Assembly (NCBI GenBank): GCA_034660455.1
Contig: JAYEJF010000035.1
Location: 16,436 to 80,435, forward strand
DNA from: Campylobacterota bacterium
Lineage (GTDB): Bacteria; Campylobacterota; Campylobacteria; Campylobacterales; Sulfurovaceae
Reading direction: 5' to 3'
DNA: 64,000 nucleotides
Part shown: in pieces, positions 33,837 to 44,282 of the stretch
How positions within the stretch are numbered: position 1 is the first letter of the stretch
How the letters are laid out: each line of letters begins with the position of its first letter
Program-made: the position numbers and the translations under genes
Notes under the pieces: generated by a model
Databases searched by the model: none
What the model was told of the DNA's origin: nothing
The model's input: the letters and a program-made list of their open reading frames with translations, nothing else

Positions 33837-36800
33837 ATGCAACTTTTAAAGTCAATCATCTTTCTCTTACTCTGTTCCTATACACTTGTGTATGCTGATA
33901 AAACAGAGATGGAAAACATCACCTTGCAACTGCAATGGAAACACCAATTTGAATTTGCAGGATTTTATGCTGCCAAAGAGAAAGGTTTTTACAAGGATGC
34001 TGGACTAGATGTCTCTTTTGTAGAGTTTGATAAAAACAAAGATATTACAGAAGAAGTGTTAAATGGAAATGCCCAGTACGGACTCACATACTCTTCTATC
34101 ATTGCAGAGTATATGCAAGGTAAACCCTTGATACTTTTGGCAAACTTTTTTAAACAATCTCCCTTGGTACTTGTCGCACAACCTCACATCAGAACACCTG
34201 CTGACTTAAAAGGGAAGAAGATTATGGGTCTTTCTGATAGTATTCATGGTATTACCCTCTTAACCATGCTCAACAAGTTCAATATCCACCTCCATGACAT
34301 TCGTAAAATTCCTGCAAGTTTTAACGTGGATGATTTTATCAACAAAAAAGTAGATGCCATGAGTGTCTTTACGACCAATGAACTCTATCAATTAGATAAA
34401 AGAGGTATCCCCTACACTATTTTTGATCCTGTAGCGTATGGGGCGAAGTACTATGATGCCAACCTTTTCACCTCTAAAAAAGAGTTTCTAAAACACCCTG
34501 AACGCGTTAAACGCTTTAGAGAAGCTTCCATCAAAGGGTGGGAGTATGCCTTAGCACATCAAGAGGAAATGATTGACATCATACTAAACAAATACAACCC
34601 ACATCAAAAGTCTAAAGATGCTCTTCTATTTGAAGCAAAACAGATTGAGCATGTGATGCTACCAAAGGTACATAAAATAGGGAGTATTGATGTAGATAGG
34701 GTAAAAATGATTGCTGAAAGCTTTATACAGGCTGGTTTTATTAAGCATATTCACAATAGAAATATAAAAAAATTTATCTATAACGATATAAAGAATCCAT
34801 TAAGTTTAACGGCTAAAGAGTCAGCATTTATTAAAAATCATCCCAAGATAGTACTCGGAACAGAAAAAGCCTGGAAACCTTATGTCATAATCAAAAAAGA
34901 TGGAACCATCAGTGGTTATGATGCTGATGTACTGAAACGCATCAATGAAGTCAGCGGAAGTAATTTTGTTCTTGAAGCAGGAGAGTGGGCTAAAATGCAA
35001 GAGGAGGCTAAAGCTAAAAACATTGATGGATTAAGTACAGGTGGTATTCATGATGAGAGGAAAACCTACCTAAATTTTTCAGATATTTATATCAGTATGC
35101 GAAAAATGCTGATCGTATCAAAAGAGAACCCTAAAAACATTCAAACACTTGATGACCTTGAGGGTAAAACCATTGCCATTCATAAAAGTAACCTGGTAGA
35201 TGAAAAAGCTACACAAAAATTTACAAAATCAAAAGTGATAGGATTTGACACTATTGAAGAAGTAATCACCTCTGTAGCAACAGGAAAAGCAGATGCAATG
35301 TTTGGGAACGGTGCTACTTTTTATATGGCAAATGAGTTGGGATTACCTTACTTAAAACGTATAGCAAAGTTAGAGGATTCACTTGATCTAGCCTTTGGCA
35401 TCAGAAAAGATTGGCCCGAGGCGATCAGTATCATCAACAAATCATTGGCTTATATAGGTGATTATCAACTCTTAAAACTCAAGAACAAATGGTTTTGGCA
35501 AGATAAAGCAACCATACTTGAGCCTAATATACTATGGACAGAGGATGAAATAGAATACTTACAGGACAAAGATAAAATCACCATGTGTATAGATCCAAAT
35601 TGGATGCCATTAGAAATGATAAAAAATGGGGAACATATAGGTCTAAGTGCTGATTATATGAAACTTGTCTCTTCTAAAACAGGTCTCCCTATCACCCTTG
35701 TACCTACAAAAACATGGAGTGAATCCATCACATTTTTTAAAGAAAAACAGTGTGATATACTCTCTATTGTGATGCAGACACATGAACGTATGAAGTTTAT
35801 GAGTGTTACAGACCCCTATTTAACGCTCCCTATGGTTCTCACAACCACCAATGACAAGTTTTTTATTTCTAACATCCGTGAGCTTCAAGGTAAGTCCATA
35901 GGTATAGGAAAGAATTATGCACAGGTAGAACTACTAAAAGAAAAATATCCCTTGGTAAAGTTTATAGAAGTAGATACTATCTCACAGGGACTTCACAAGG
36001 TGATAGAGGGTGCTTTATTTGGATATCTTGATAACTTAAATACCATAGGATATCAAATACAGAAAAATTTTCCCACCGCACTGAAAATAACAGGAAAATT
36101 TGATGAAAAGCTCGTACTGGGTATTGGTGTGAACAATGATGATACTGTACTTTTAAACATATTAAACAAGGCTATGAAGAGTATAGACGAACAGACAAAA
36201 GAGAAGATTTTGAACCGATGGGTTTCTATAAAGTTTGAACAAGGGTTTGACAACAGGCTTTTTTGGTACATCTTAACACCATTTCTACTCTTGGCATTGA
36301 TTTTATTGGTTAGTTATTTGATTTTAAAGCGATATAATATACAGTTAAAAAAAGAGGTTCAAAACAAGGTCGAAGAGTTACGCCATAAAGATGAACTACT
36401 ACTCAAAAAATACAGAATGGCTGCTATGGGTGAAATGCTCTCCATGATAGCCCACCAATGGCGTCAACCACTTGGAGCTATCAGTTCTGCGATTATGGGG
36501 ATAAAGGTCAAAATGGATAGTGGTAAATTCAACCTGGAGGATAAAAATGATCGCGAGAATCTTCTACTTTTTATAGAAAAAAAACATCACAATATCAATG
36601 AATATGTACACTACCTAGCAACCACAACCGATGATTTCAGAAACTTCTTTAATCCTCATAAGAGTATAGAAACCATATCACTGCTCACCCCTATCAAAAA
36701 TGCATTAAAAATAGTTTCACCCTCTATGCATCATAAAGGCATCAAAATAGTAAAAAATTATCTCGTTGATGCAAAAATAGACCTCTACTCCAATGAAGTC

Positions 36801-37124
36801 ATGCAGGTTATACTCAACCTTTTAAAAAACAGTGAAGATTCACTGCTGGAAAAACATGTAAATACCCCTACTGTAACTATTACTACAAGAAAAGAAGAAG
36901 ATACATTTATAATTAGTATCTGTGATAATGGGGAAGGTATACCTCATGAGATACTAGATAAAATTTTTGACCCTTACTTTAGTACCAAAGATGAAAAAAA
37001 TGGTGCAGGACTAGGATTGTATATGTCAAAAGTTATCATTGAAGAACATCATCAAGGTACATTAAAGGTAATCAATAGCGATGCGGGTGCATGTTTTGAA
37101 ATTATCTTGAATGTGGAAGTTTAA
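33837..37124 (+). CDS. sensor histidine kinase with three periplasmic solute-binding-protein-like domains
   Basis: It has a signal peptide, an NMT1/THI5(SsuA)-like first domain (LQLQWKHQFEFAGFYAAKEKGFYKDAGLDV) and two family-3 SBP-like domains. A TM segment (ILTPFLLLALILLVSYLIL) follows. The H-box is IAHQWRQPL and the ATPase boxes are DNGEGIP and GAGLGLYMS. Confidence 0.8.
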   Translation: MQLLKSIIFLLLCSYTLVYADKTEMENITLQLQWKHQFEFAGFYAAKEKGFYKDAGLDVSFVEFDKNKDITEEVLNGNAQYGLTYSSIIAEYMQGKPLILLANFFKQSPLVLVAQPHIRTPADLKGKKIMGLSDSIHGITLLTMLNKFNIHLHDIRKIPASFNVDDFINKKVDAMSVFTTNELYQLDKRGIPYTIFDPVAYGAKYYDANLFTSKKEFLKHPERVKRFREASIKGWEYALAHQEEMIDIILNKYNPHQKSKDALLFEAKQIEHVMLPKVHKIGSIDVDRVKMIAESFIQAGFIKHIHNRNIKKFIYNDIKNPLSLTAKESAFIKNHPKIVLGTEKAWKPYVIIKKDGTISGYDADVLKRINEVSGSNFVLEAGEWAKMQEEAKAKNIDGLSTGGIHDERKTYLNFSDIYISMRKMLIVSKENPKNIQTLDDLEGKTIAIHKSNLVDEKATQKFTKSKVIGFDTIEEVITSVATGKADAMFGNGATFYMANELGLPYLKRIAKLEDSLDLAFGIRKDWPEAISIINKSLAYIGDYQLLKLKNKWFWQDKATILEPNILWTEDEIEYLQDKDKITMCIDPNWMPLEMIKNGEHIGLSADYMKLVSSKTGLPITLVPTKTWSESITFFKEKQCDILSIVMQTHERMKFMSVTDPYLTLPMVLTTTNDKFFISNIRELQGKSIGIGKNYAQVELLKEKYPLVKFIEVDTISQGLHKVIEGALFGYLDNLNTIGYQIQKNFPTALKITGKFDEKLVLGIGVNNDDTVLLNILNKAMKSIDEQTKEKILNRWVSIKFEQGFDNRLFWYILTPFLLLALILLVSYLILKRYNIQLKKEVQNKVEELRHKDELLLKKYRMAAMGEMLSMIAHQWRQPLGAISSAIMGIKVKMDSGKFNLEDKNDRENLLLFIEKKHHNINEYVHYLATTTDDFRNFFNPHKSIETISLLTPIKNALKIVSPSMHHKGIKIVKNYLVDAKIDLYSNEVMQVILNLLKNSEDSLLEKHVNTPTVTITTRKEEDTFIISICDNGEGIPHEILDKIFDPYFSTKDEKNGAGLGLYMSKVIIEEHHQGTLKVINSDAGACFEIILNVEV

Positions 37125-37136
37125 ATGTATACTCCT

Positions 37137-37589
37137 TTATTTCAAGAGACTCTCTAACTCCTCTCCCCTCGAAAAATCAATCTTTTTTACTTGATTGTTC
37201 TGAAGTTCAATGACAGTCACTTGGTTTTTATGTCTGGGTATAGATGCAGCCGCGTTCTCATCATAGATTAAAGAGACTTGAAAAGAAAATTTTTTCATTT
37301 TGGGCAAAGCGAACATTCGGGTAATCAATGAAGGCATTGTACTGATATCTGAAATATACATCATACTATTGGCTTCTAAAAAACCTTTTTCTTTTGTATC
37401 TAAATAGTTTTTCACCTCCGAAGATACATCTTTCTCAAAAGAGAGAATCAGTGTAGAACTCCCTTTTGTCTTGATCTGGGTTGGTATATTATATTGATTG
37501 ACAAGATTCAATTTTGGGAAGGTATCTCCTACTTTTATCTCTGCAAAGAGTAACCCCATCAGTGTAAAAAAGAGAATGATGCTTTTCAT
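37137..37589 (-). CDS. periplasmic thioredoxin-fold / YtfJ-like protein (tentative)
   Basis: The ATG at 37587-37589 is preceded by AGGAG. It gives MKSIILFFTLMGLLFA as a signal peptide. There is no CxxC motif. Confidence 0.3.
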   Translation of the reverse strand: MKSIILFFTLMGLLFAEIKVGDTFPKLNLVNQYNIPTQIKTKGSSTLILSFEKDVSSEVKNYLDTKEKGFLEANSMMYISDISTMPSLITRMFALPKMKKFSFQVSLIYDENAAASIPRHKNQVTVIELQNNQVKKIDFSRGEELESLLK

Positions 37590-37698
37590 AATTTGTCTCC
37601 TTGGACATAAATTTTTGTATATTCTAGACAAAATAATAGAAAGACCCACTTATAATGGACTCAATAACGCATAAATATCAGCCAAACACTACAACTCC

Positions 37699-39150
37699 TT
37701 AGCGCTTCTTATAATTCATGATCAACGTTTCAAGAATATTTACCTCTAAAGGTTTTGTAGCATAATCATCCATCCCTTCTGCAATATACTTCTCTTTATC
37801 TCCGGGAAGTGCATTGGCTGTCAACGCAATGATAGGAACATGTGGAAGCTTATGCTCTTTTTCATAGGCTAAAATTGCATGTGTAGCTTCCACACCACCC
37901 ATCACAGGCATTTGAATATCCATAAAGATCATATCATATCTATTGTCCATATAGCTTTCATATGCTTCTTTCCCATCAGCAACCAGGGTAACGTTTAAGC
38001 CTAAATTCTCCAGCACTACTTTAATCAGTTTTTGATTAATCATATTATCTTCAGCAACCAGTACATTGAGGCTCTCAACACGCTGCTTCTCTTCACTATA
38101 CTGCTTATCTTCATCCTCAACGGCTTGACCCTTTTTGATCTCTCCTAAAGATTTGTTTTTATTTTCCTCTTTTTGCAACTCCAGCGTCAAAGTAAAGAAA
38201 AATGTTGCCCCCTCACCCTCTTTACTTTTGACTTGAAGCTCTCCACCCATAGATTTGATTATCTTCGTTGAAATGGTCAATCCAAGACCCGTTCCTCCAG
38301 ATTTTCTAGTGGTACTGACCTCTGCTTGAGAATAGGGTTCAAAAATTTTCTCTTGTTGCTCTTTTGTCATACCGATACCGGAATCTTTTACAGATACAGT
38401 AAAGGTAACACTCCCCTTTTCTTGACCTAAATACTCTATATCTACATCAATACTCCCCTTGGTCGGAGTAAATTTCAACGCATTACTGACAAGATTAATC
38501 AGCACTTGCGAAAGTCGTGTAGGGTCACCCATCACATTATGAGGCATTTTAGGATTTGTTGAAAATGTGAATGCGATCCCTTTTTGAGCCAATGCAGGTT
38601 CAAAAACACCTATGGAAGATTTAATTTTTTTAAACAGATCAAAAGGGATACGCTCAAGTTCCATCTTACCTGCATTTATTTTTGACACATCTAGTACGTC
38701 GTTGACAATCACCCGAAGATTGTTTGAACTCTCCCGTATCATCGAAACAAACTCTTTTTGTTCTTTAGACAATGCTGTATCATCTAAAATATCTGTCAGA
38801 CCTATAATCCCGTTTAAAGGTGTACGTATTTCATGTGACATACTCGCAAGGAAAAACTCTGTTGTCTTCTTTTCAAGTTCAAGCATTTCTGCTTTTTTAG
38901 AAATCGCTTTAAATTTCTTTTCAAGCAGCCTATATTTTACATCATCATTCTCATCTTCCAAGGATATCTCTTCATCTTCTCCGATTTGCTCTTTGGATGA
39001 AGTACTAAGCGATAAAAAGAGTATGATAAAAAGCAGAGAAAAAAAACCTATGGATATCCACAAACTTAAATGAAACTGGAAAAAACTTATTAACCCTATG
39101 CCTAGAGAAATCCCTAAAGATAGGAAAAAAACTTTGATATTTTGAAACAT
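37699..39150 (-). CDS. hybrid sensor histidine kinase (TM-HisKA-HATPase-REC)
   Basis: Motifs present are [30 protein letters not shown] and [22 protein letters not shown]. Confidence 0.85.
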   Translation of the reverse strand: MFQNIKVFFLSLGISLGIGLISFFQFHLSLWISIGFFSLLFIILFLSLSTSSKEQIGEDEEISLEDENDDVKYRLLEKKFKAISKKAEMLELEKKTTEFFLASMSHEIRTPLNGIIGLTDILDDTALSKEQKEFVSMIRESSNNLRVIVNDVLDVSKINAGKMELERIPFDLFKKIKSSIGVFEPALAQKGIAFTFSTNPKMPHNVMGDPTRLSQVLINLVSNALKFTPTKGSIDVDIEYLGQEKGSVTFTVSVKDSGIGMTKEQQEKIFEPYSQAEVSTTRKSGGTGLGLTISTKIIKSMGGELQVKSKEGEGATFFFTLTLELQKEENKNKSLGEIKKGQAVEDEDKQYSEEKQRVESLNVLVAEDNMINQKLIKVVLENLGLNVTLVADGKEAYESYMDNRYDMIFMDIQMPVMGGVEATHAILAYEKEHKLPHVPIIALTANALPGDKEKYIAEGMDDYATKPLEVNILETLIMNYKKR

Positions 39151-39257
39151 ATTACACCCTTAAAAATGATACGCTTTAATAGACTAAAACTATTTTATCT
39201 AAAATAAGTTTGAATTATAATTTATTTATAAAATAAACAAATAGTGTTCAATCCTCT

Positions 39258-40016
39258 ATGTGCTATTTTTATACTTTAAGGCACTTTTATATGCTATATT
39301 CTATGAAAAATAAAGAATCATTTGCTATGATGACCGAAAATTTGAATAAAAGAGAGTACTTTATGCAGAACTGGTACGAAGAAACCCGAAAAAAAACAGA
39401 CCACATCTTTCATGCAATTACTAAACATGACTTTGTTGTAGATCTGATGCAAGCCACATTAGACAAAGATATCTTTGGTTTTTATGTCAACCAAGATTCA
39501 CTCTACCTCGCTGAATACAAAAAATCGCTCGTGAATGTCGGTACAAAATGTCACCGTCCCGATGAGAGACAGTTTTTTTATGAATCTGCTACAGGTATCA
39601 TCCAAGTTGAAGATGCTTTACACAATCAATTTTTAGAAGAGCAATACCGTAACCCCACACCCTCACCCACCTGTGAACTCTATAACTCATATGTTTCACG
39701 TGTTGTGCATCATGAGTCTGTTGAAGTGGGTATTGCAGCCGTACTCCCTTGTTTTACTATCTACAAAGAGGTGGGTGACTTCATTGTAAAGATGCAAGGT
39801 AACCGTGGTTCAAATCCCTACCAGTCATGGATAGAGACCTACGCCAGTGATGAATTTGCCGATGCCGTACAACAGGCCATCGATATTGCAAACACCTATG
39901 CGCTTACGGCCTCTCCTGAGAACCTAGCCAAAATGGAAGAGGCATTTCTCAAAACTTCCAAGTTAGAGTATATGTTCTGGGACTCTGCATACCAGCAAGA
40001 GGCATGGAAAATATGA
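39258..40016 (+). CDS. tenA: TenA-family aminopyrimidine aminohydrolase (thiaminase II)
   Basis: The motifs [38 protein letters not shown] and YMFWD fit TenA. The true start is probably an internal ATG (for example 39363, MQNWYEE). Confidence 0.7.
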   Translation: MCYFYTLRHFYMLYSMKNKESFAMMTENLNKREYFMQNWYEETRKKTDHIFHAITKHDFVVDLMQATLDKDIFGFYVNQDSLYLAEYKKSLVNVGTKCHRPDERQFFYESATGIIQVEDALHNQFLEEQYRNPTPSPTCELYNSYVSRVVHHESVEVGIAAVLPCFTIYKEVGDFIVKMQGNRGSNPYQSWIETYASDEFADAVQQAIDIANTYALTASPENLAKMEEAFLKTSKLEYMFWDSAYQQEAWKI

Positions 40017-40816
40017 GTACCCCATACCACTCCGTACTTACCATAGCAGGTTCAGACTCAGGCGGATGTGCAGGCATCCAAGCAGACATTAAAAGTATCT
40101 CTGCCAATGGAGGGTATGCTGCTTCTGTCATCACCGCAACCACAGCACAAAATACCCAAGGTGTCACCGACATACATGCCATCCCTGTACCACATATCAT
40201 TAAACAAATGGAAGCTGTACTTGATGACATCAGGTTTGATGCAGTCAAAATTGGTATGCTCCACTCTAGTGAAGTCATAGAGGCTGTAAAAAATACCTTG
40301 GAAACATACAAGATTACAAATATTGTCTTAGATCCAGTCATGATAGCCACCTCAGGAGATAAACTCATCACTGACGAAGCGGTAAAAAGCCTTAAAAACT
40401 TTTTACCCAACGTAACCCTCATCACCCCAAACATTCCTGAAGCAGAACTTCTTGTGGGACACAACATTGATCTTGAGAATCAGAAAGAATCTGCCAAGGA
40501 GTTAGGTGAAAAATATAAAGTTTCCGTACTGCTCAAAGGGGGACATCTGGAGATGACCGATATCATGACTGACATACTTTATAATGTCAAAAGTAAAGAG
40601 ACGACCATCATCCACAATCCATCCGTAGAGACCATCAACACCCATGGTACAGGCTGTAGCCTCTCTTCAAGCATTGCTACACAAATTGCTTTAGGTGAAA
40701 CATTGGAAGATGCTACACGTAAAGGGTGTAACTATCTCAATACAGCCATCGTGAATGGAAAAGAGAAACTGCTAGGTAAAGGGCATGGCCCTGTGAACCA
40801 CTTTGGGCTTGCTTAA
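40004..40816 (+). CDS. thiD: hydroxymethylpyrimidine/phosphomethylpyrimidine kinase
   Basis: The motifs [25 protein letters not shown] and [11 protein letters not shown] fit ThiD. The gene overlaps the tenA end by 13 nt. Confidence 0.9.
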   Translation: MENMSTPYHSVLTIAGSDSGGCAGIQADIKSISANGGYAASVITATTAQNTQGVTDIHAIPVPHIIKQMEAVLDDIRFDAVKIGMLHSSEVIEAVKNTLETYKITNIVLDPVMIATSGDKLITDEAVKSLKNFLPNVTLITPNIPEAELLVGHNIDLENQKESAKELGEKYKVSVLLKGGHLEMTDIMTDILYNVKSKETTIIHNPSVETINTHGTGCSLSSSIATQIALGETLEDATRKGCNYLNTAIVNGKEKLLGKGHGPVNHFGLA

Positions 40817-40837
40817 GGGCACTCCAATAATAGGTGC

Positions 40838-41326
40838 TTAACAGCACCCTGAGCCATCTTTTGTCGGGCTGCAAGAAGAAGGTGTTTGGGTGAACTTACC
40901 AAAAGTAGGTACACAACAGCCATCAGCTGTATCTGTACTATCTACCCCAAACACTTCTACATCCTCCATAGAGTGATAGTTCTCCCAGACCATTCCCGTA
41001 GGATCTTCAACCCAATACTTATTGGACTCCTTGTAACAACACACCGCCCCTTTGTCCTCTTTCCCTTTGATACCTTTAGACTCAAACAGTGTTTGTGCAG
41101 ATCCCAATGCACAGTCACTCTCATACTGTACACCCAGATGATTGACACCTTTTTCATGCCCACGCGTAGAGATAGCAAAGTTCAAAGAGAGATCATCTAC
41201 CAACCACTGTGCATAATCTTCTTTTACTTTTGTAGGTTCTGCTTGAAACTGTGCAGTATAGAACGCAATGCTTTTTTCTATGTCATCTACTGACATATGT
41301 ATATGTAGTCTTCTTTTTTCACTCAT
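40838..41326 (-). CDS. ArsI/CadI-type VOC (glyoxalase-fold) metalloenzyme with a Cys-rich C-terminus
   Basis: The VOC-fold core reads LHIHMSVDDIEKSIAFY..NHLGVQ. The C-terminus is CCVP..CSPTKDGSGCC. The ATG at 41324-41326 is preceded by TGGAG, whereas the track start is a TTG. Confidence 0.6.
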   Translation of the reverse strand: MSEKRRLHIHMSVDDIEKSIAFYTAQFQAEPTKVKEDYAQWLVDDLSLNFAISTRGHEKGVNHLGVQYESDCALGSAQTLFESKGIKGKEDKGAVCCYKESNKYWVEDPTGMVWENYHSMEDVEVFGVDSTDTADGCCVPTFGKFTQTPSSCSPTKDGSGCC

Positions 41327-41370
41327 GGGGTACTCCAAATATTTATTTTATATTTGAACTATAACATAAA

Positions 41371-41408
41371 ATTGCTAATATATCAACATATCTTGATATA
41401 TTAGCAAT
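41371..41408. promoter_or_regulatory. 38-bp palindrome (16-bp perfect arms attgctaatatatcaa / ttgatatattagcaat with spacer catatc); operator candidate
   Basis: This was read directly. It lies 45 nt upstream of the CadI-like ATG, in the divergent region shared with the MFS gene. Confidence 0.6.
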
Positions 41409-41532
41409 TTACCCTCTATATACTTCTGTTTCTCTTTACGTCTATAGTGTCATCTTTTTACTTGAAAAATTCGGTATAAGATAAATCGAAAATTCATGAT
41501 ATCTCTAATTCTTATAGTGCTATCATACACCC

Positions 41533-42669
41533 ATGATAAACAACACCTCTAAAAACATACACATAGCCCTGCTTCTTGTCGCCACACTAGGTGTGATGTC
41601 CGGCATTACCATCGTCTCATCATTACCACTCATTAGCCATACATTTACTGGGGTGCCTAACATTGAGTTTCTCTCCAAACTTATGCTGACTATCCCATCC
41701 ATCATCATCGCACTTTTTTCACCTTTTGCAGGGCACATCGTAGATAAGTTTGGACGGTTAAAGCCACTCTATCTTGGTATCTTTCTTTTTATAGTTGGTG
41801 GAAGTTCGGGGTTTTACTTGCATGACTTCTATGCCATCCTTGTTGGACGTGCCATACTTGGCCTTGGTGTCTCGCTCATCATGACCTCTAGTACTGCACT
41901 CATAGGAGACTACTTTTCTGAAGCGTTACGTCATAAGTTCATGGCTAAACAAGGGCTTGTCGTAGCACTAGGAGGCATACTCTTCATCACCGCAGGTGGG
42001 CTACTGGCACAGATGCACTGGTCTTACCCATTTGCCATCTACCTTATACCCATACTTTTTGTGCCTTTTTTGCTTAAGTCACTCTATGAACCTGAAAAAC
42101 ATAAACACGTAGAAGAGCTAGAAGTAGAAGCCAAGCTCCTACCTGTCTACCTCACTGCATTTTTTGTGATGGTACTGTTCTATATGCTCCCCACACAGTT
42201 TCCCTACCTCATCGTCAATGAACTAGGAGGTAAGCCACAAACCATAGGCTTTGTCATCGCCACAGCCATGACCTTTAACGCCCTTACCGCCATGCAATAC
42301 GCCAAGATAAAAGCAAAGCTGAGTTACCAACAGATATTTTCACTCACCTTTGGGCTCTTTGGATTAGGGCTTCTTATCATCTCACAAGTCTCCACTATCT
42401 CAGGACTCTTCTTCGCCACTGCACCCATAGGTATGGGCTTTGGACTTTTACTGGTCAACACCAACGCATGGTTCCTCTCACTCGTCCCTGCACACAAACG
42501 CGGCAAAGCCGCAGGCGTCCTCACCTCTAGCCTCTTTTTAGGACAATTCTCCTCCCCTATACTCTTCGAGCCTATCGTGAGTATGTATGGCATACAGGGG
42601 TTGTTTTTGGGGGTGGCGGTGTTTTCGGTTTTGCTTTCTGGGGTTTTGGGGTTTAGCAGTAGAATTTAA
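41533..42669 (+). CDS. MFS transporter
   Basis: The 378-aa product is hydrophobic throughout, with about 12 segments. It has the loop motif DKFGRLKP between TM2 and TM3. Confidence 0.8.
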   Translation: MINNTSKNIHIALLLVATLGVMSGITIVSSLPLISHTFTGVPNIEFLSKLMLTIPSIIIALFSPFAGHIVDKFGRLKPLYLGIFLFIVGGSSGFYLHDFYAILVGRAILGLGVSLIMTSSTALIGDYFSEALRHKFMAKQGLVVALGGILFITAGGLLAQMHWSYPFAIYLIPILFVPFLLKSLYEPEKHKHVEELEVEAKLLPVYLTAFFVMVLFYMLPTQFPYLIVNELGGKPQTIGFVIATAMTFNALTAMQYAKIKAKLSYQQIFSLTFGLFGLGLLIISQVSTISGLFFATAPIGMGFGLLLVNTNAWFLSLVPAHKRGKAAGVLTSSLFLGQFSSPILFEPIVSMYGIQGLFLGVAVFSVLLSGVLGFSSRI

Positions 42670-42825
42670 AGTTCAATATTAAGTAAATTGGCGTCATAAA
42701 GTATTACATTAGAGTCAAGGTCTATAAATTTACTTTTAGAGAGCTTGATGCGTATCATGCCCCTAGGGTCTTACTCACAGACACAAGGAGTGTTACCACA
42801 GATCATACTTTATTTTCCATTATCT

Positions 42826-43113
42826 TTAACAATTTTTATTGATTCTGTCATAGTCATCATGACTGCAAACACAGACGAGTAAAGCTTCATCATTTACAAT
42901 AGTCATCAAAATACGATACTGTGTATTCACTACCCTTATGGAGTATCTCTCTTTATCTTTTTTACAAATCATTTTTTTATAGTGAAGTGACGAGTCATCT
43001 TTGTTTTTTTTAAATAACGCTAACGTTGTTTCTATATCATTTTCAGAAACAGAATGCTTTTTGAGGAGTTTCTTTTTTGTTCTTAAGTATTGTACCGTTT
43101 CTGTGGTAGTCAT
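42826..43113 (-). CDS. RelE/ParE-superfamily toxin (type II TA)
   Basis: The stretch ..LHYKKM..YSIRVVNTQYRILMTIVNDEALLVCVCSHDDY fits the yriRvg.yRiiy.i.d..l.vl.v.hR..Y pattern. The gene lies 7 nt downstream of a small acidic ORF. Confidence 0.55.
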   Translation of the reverse strand: MTTTETVQYLRTKKKLLKKHSVSENDIETTLALFKKNKDDSSLHYKKMICKKDKERYSIRVVNTQYRILMTIVNDEALLVCVCSHDDYDRINKNC

Positions 43114-43120
43114 GGTTTAC

Positions 43121-43513
43121 TTAGGCAGATTGGAGTAAGCGTACTTCAAGTTGCCCCATGCTATCCATATATTGGACAAGCGCTGTATGGAGTTTATCGA
43201 GTTGTGTATGTAATTCTAAGAAGAGTGTATCTTTAGAGCTTAAAGGTTCTATCTTCTTTTTAAAGAGTTTGACATCATCAACAGTATCAAGTACAGTATC
43301 ATAAAACACATCCAGATCATCTACGGGAATGACATGCATTTCGTCTATGCTGAGTATCTGCTTTTCTAGCTCTATCTCTTGTGTATGAAAGGTTGACACC
43401 ATCATACGCATCATCTTATCAAAGAGTTTTTTTGGAGCTGTATCGTAGGCTTCAAGCGTTATATCCATAAAGTCAACAAAATTAATAAAGCTATTATCCA
43501 TCTTAGCTGTCAT
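43121..43513 (-). CDS. acidic 130-aa protein; putative cognate antitoxin (by position only)
   Basis: It sits directly upstream of the toxin. TGATATAAT and AAGGA elements lie upstream. I recognise no DNA-binding motif. Confidence 0.3.
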   Translation of the reverse strand: MTAKMDNSFINFVDFMDITLEAYDTAPKKLFDKMMRMMVSTFHTQEIELEKQILSIDEMHVIPVDDLDVFYDTVLDTVDDVKLFKKKIEPLSSKDTLFLELHTQLDKLHTALVQYMDSMGQLEVRLLQSA

Positions 43514-43622
43514 GATACGTCCTTATAATTATTACTTTTATTATATCATAATTCCACCGTAGGAGCAGAATCCATTTCTGCCCTTTGAGAATCCTCCCCT
43601 ACAGTTTTAACATTATATTCCA

Positions 43623-44282
43623 TCACAACAACCCCTCATCCGAAAAAGAGTAAAATCCATTTTTACTCAAAATCACATGATCCAACAACTCTATTCCTAC
43701 CAATTTAGAGACCTCTTTAAGTCTCTGCGTTATGGATATATCTGCCCTACTTGCTTCGAGTGTACCCGAGGGATGGTTATGCGCGATGATAATACCTGCG
43801 GTCCTGTCTGCAATGGCATCTGCAAAAACTTCTCTGGGATGTACCATACTTTGGTTAAGTGTACCTATGAAGACAGTACGCGTGTTGATGATGTGAGAAG
43901 CACCATCTAATGTGATGCTTAGAAAATGCTCTTGATTTTTGGTACTAAAAGATTTGAGTTCTTCATAGACATCAGAAGCTGAAGTGATGCGTTTGTTCTC
44001 ACGTATGAGGTAGCGTTTACTCAGTTCTATAGAAGCCAGTATCTGAGAAGCTTTGGCTTGTCCCAATCCATGGATTTCACATAAGTTTTGTAGGCTAAGC
44101 TTGTCGAAGTCACTATCCATAAGTGTGACAATCTCTTTCGCCAATTTTCGCACATCTTTTCCCTGTACCCCAGAGCCTAGGAGTATGGCTAAGAGTTCAT
44201 CATTTTTTAGTGCTTGCACACCTTTTTTAAGAAGTTTTTCTCTGGGTTTATCGTTTTTGTTTAAGTCTCGTAAGGCAGTCAT
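43623..44282 (-). CDS. radC: RadC-family JAB-domain protein
   Basis: It carries KPREKLL, the HhH-like GLGQAKASQI and the JAMM motif IIAHNHPSGTLEASRADI. Confidence 0.85.
   Translation of the reverse strand: MTALRDLNKNDKPREKLLKKGVQALKNDELLAILLGSGVQGKDVRKLAKEIVTLMDSDFDKLSLQNLCEIHGLGQAKASQILASIELSKRYLIRENKRITSASDVYEELKSFSTKNQEHFLSITLDGASHIINTRTVFIGTLNQSMVHPREVFADAIADRTAGIIIAHNHPSGTLEASRADISITQRLKEVSKLVGIELLDHVILSKNGFYSFSDEGLL

Noticed and set aside
39949-40467. A 172-aa minus-strand ORF overlapping tenA and thiD
   Set aside because: It is antisense to the strongly supported thiD gene ([20 protein letters not shown]). It is a typical shadow ORF in a GC-richer gene.
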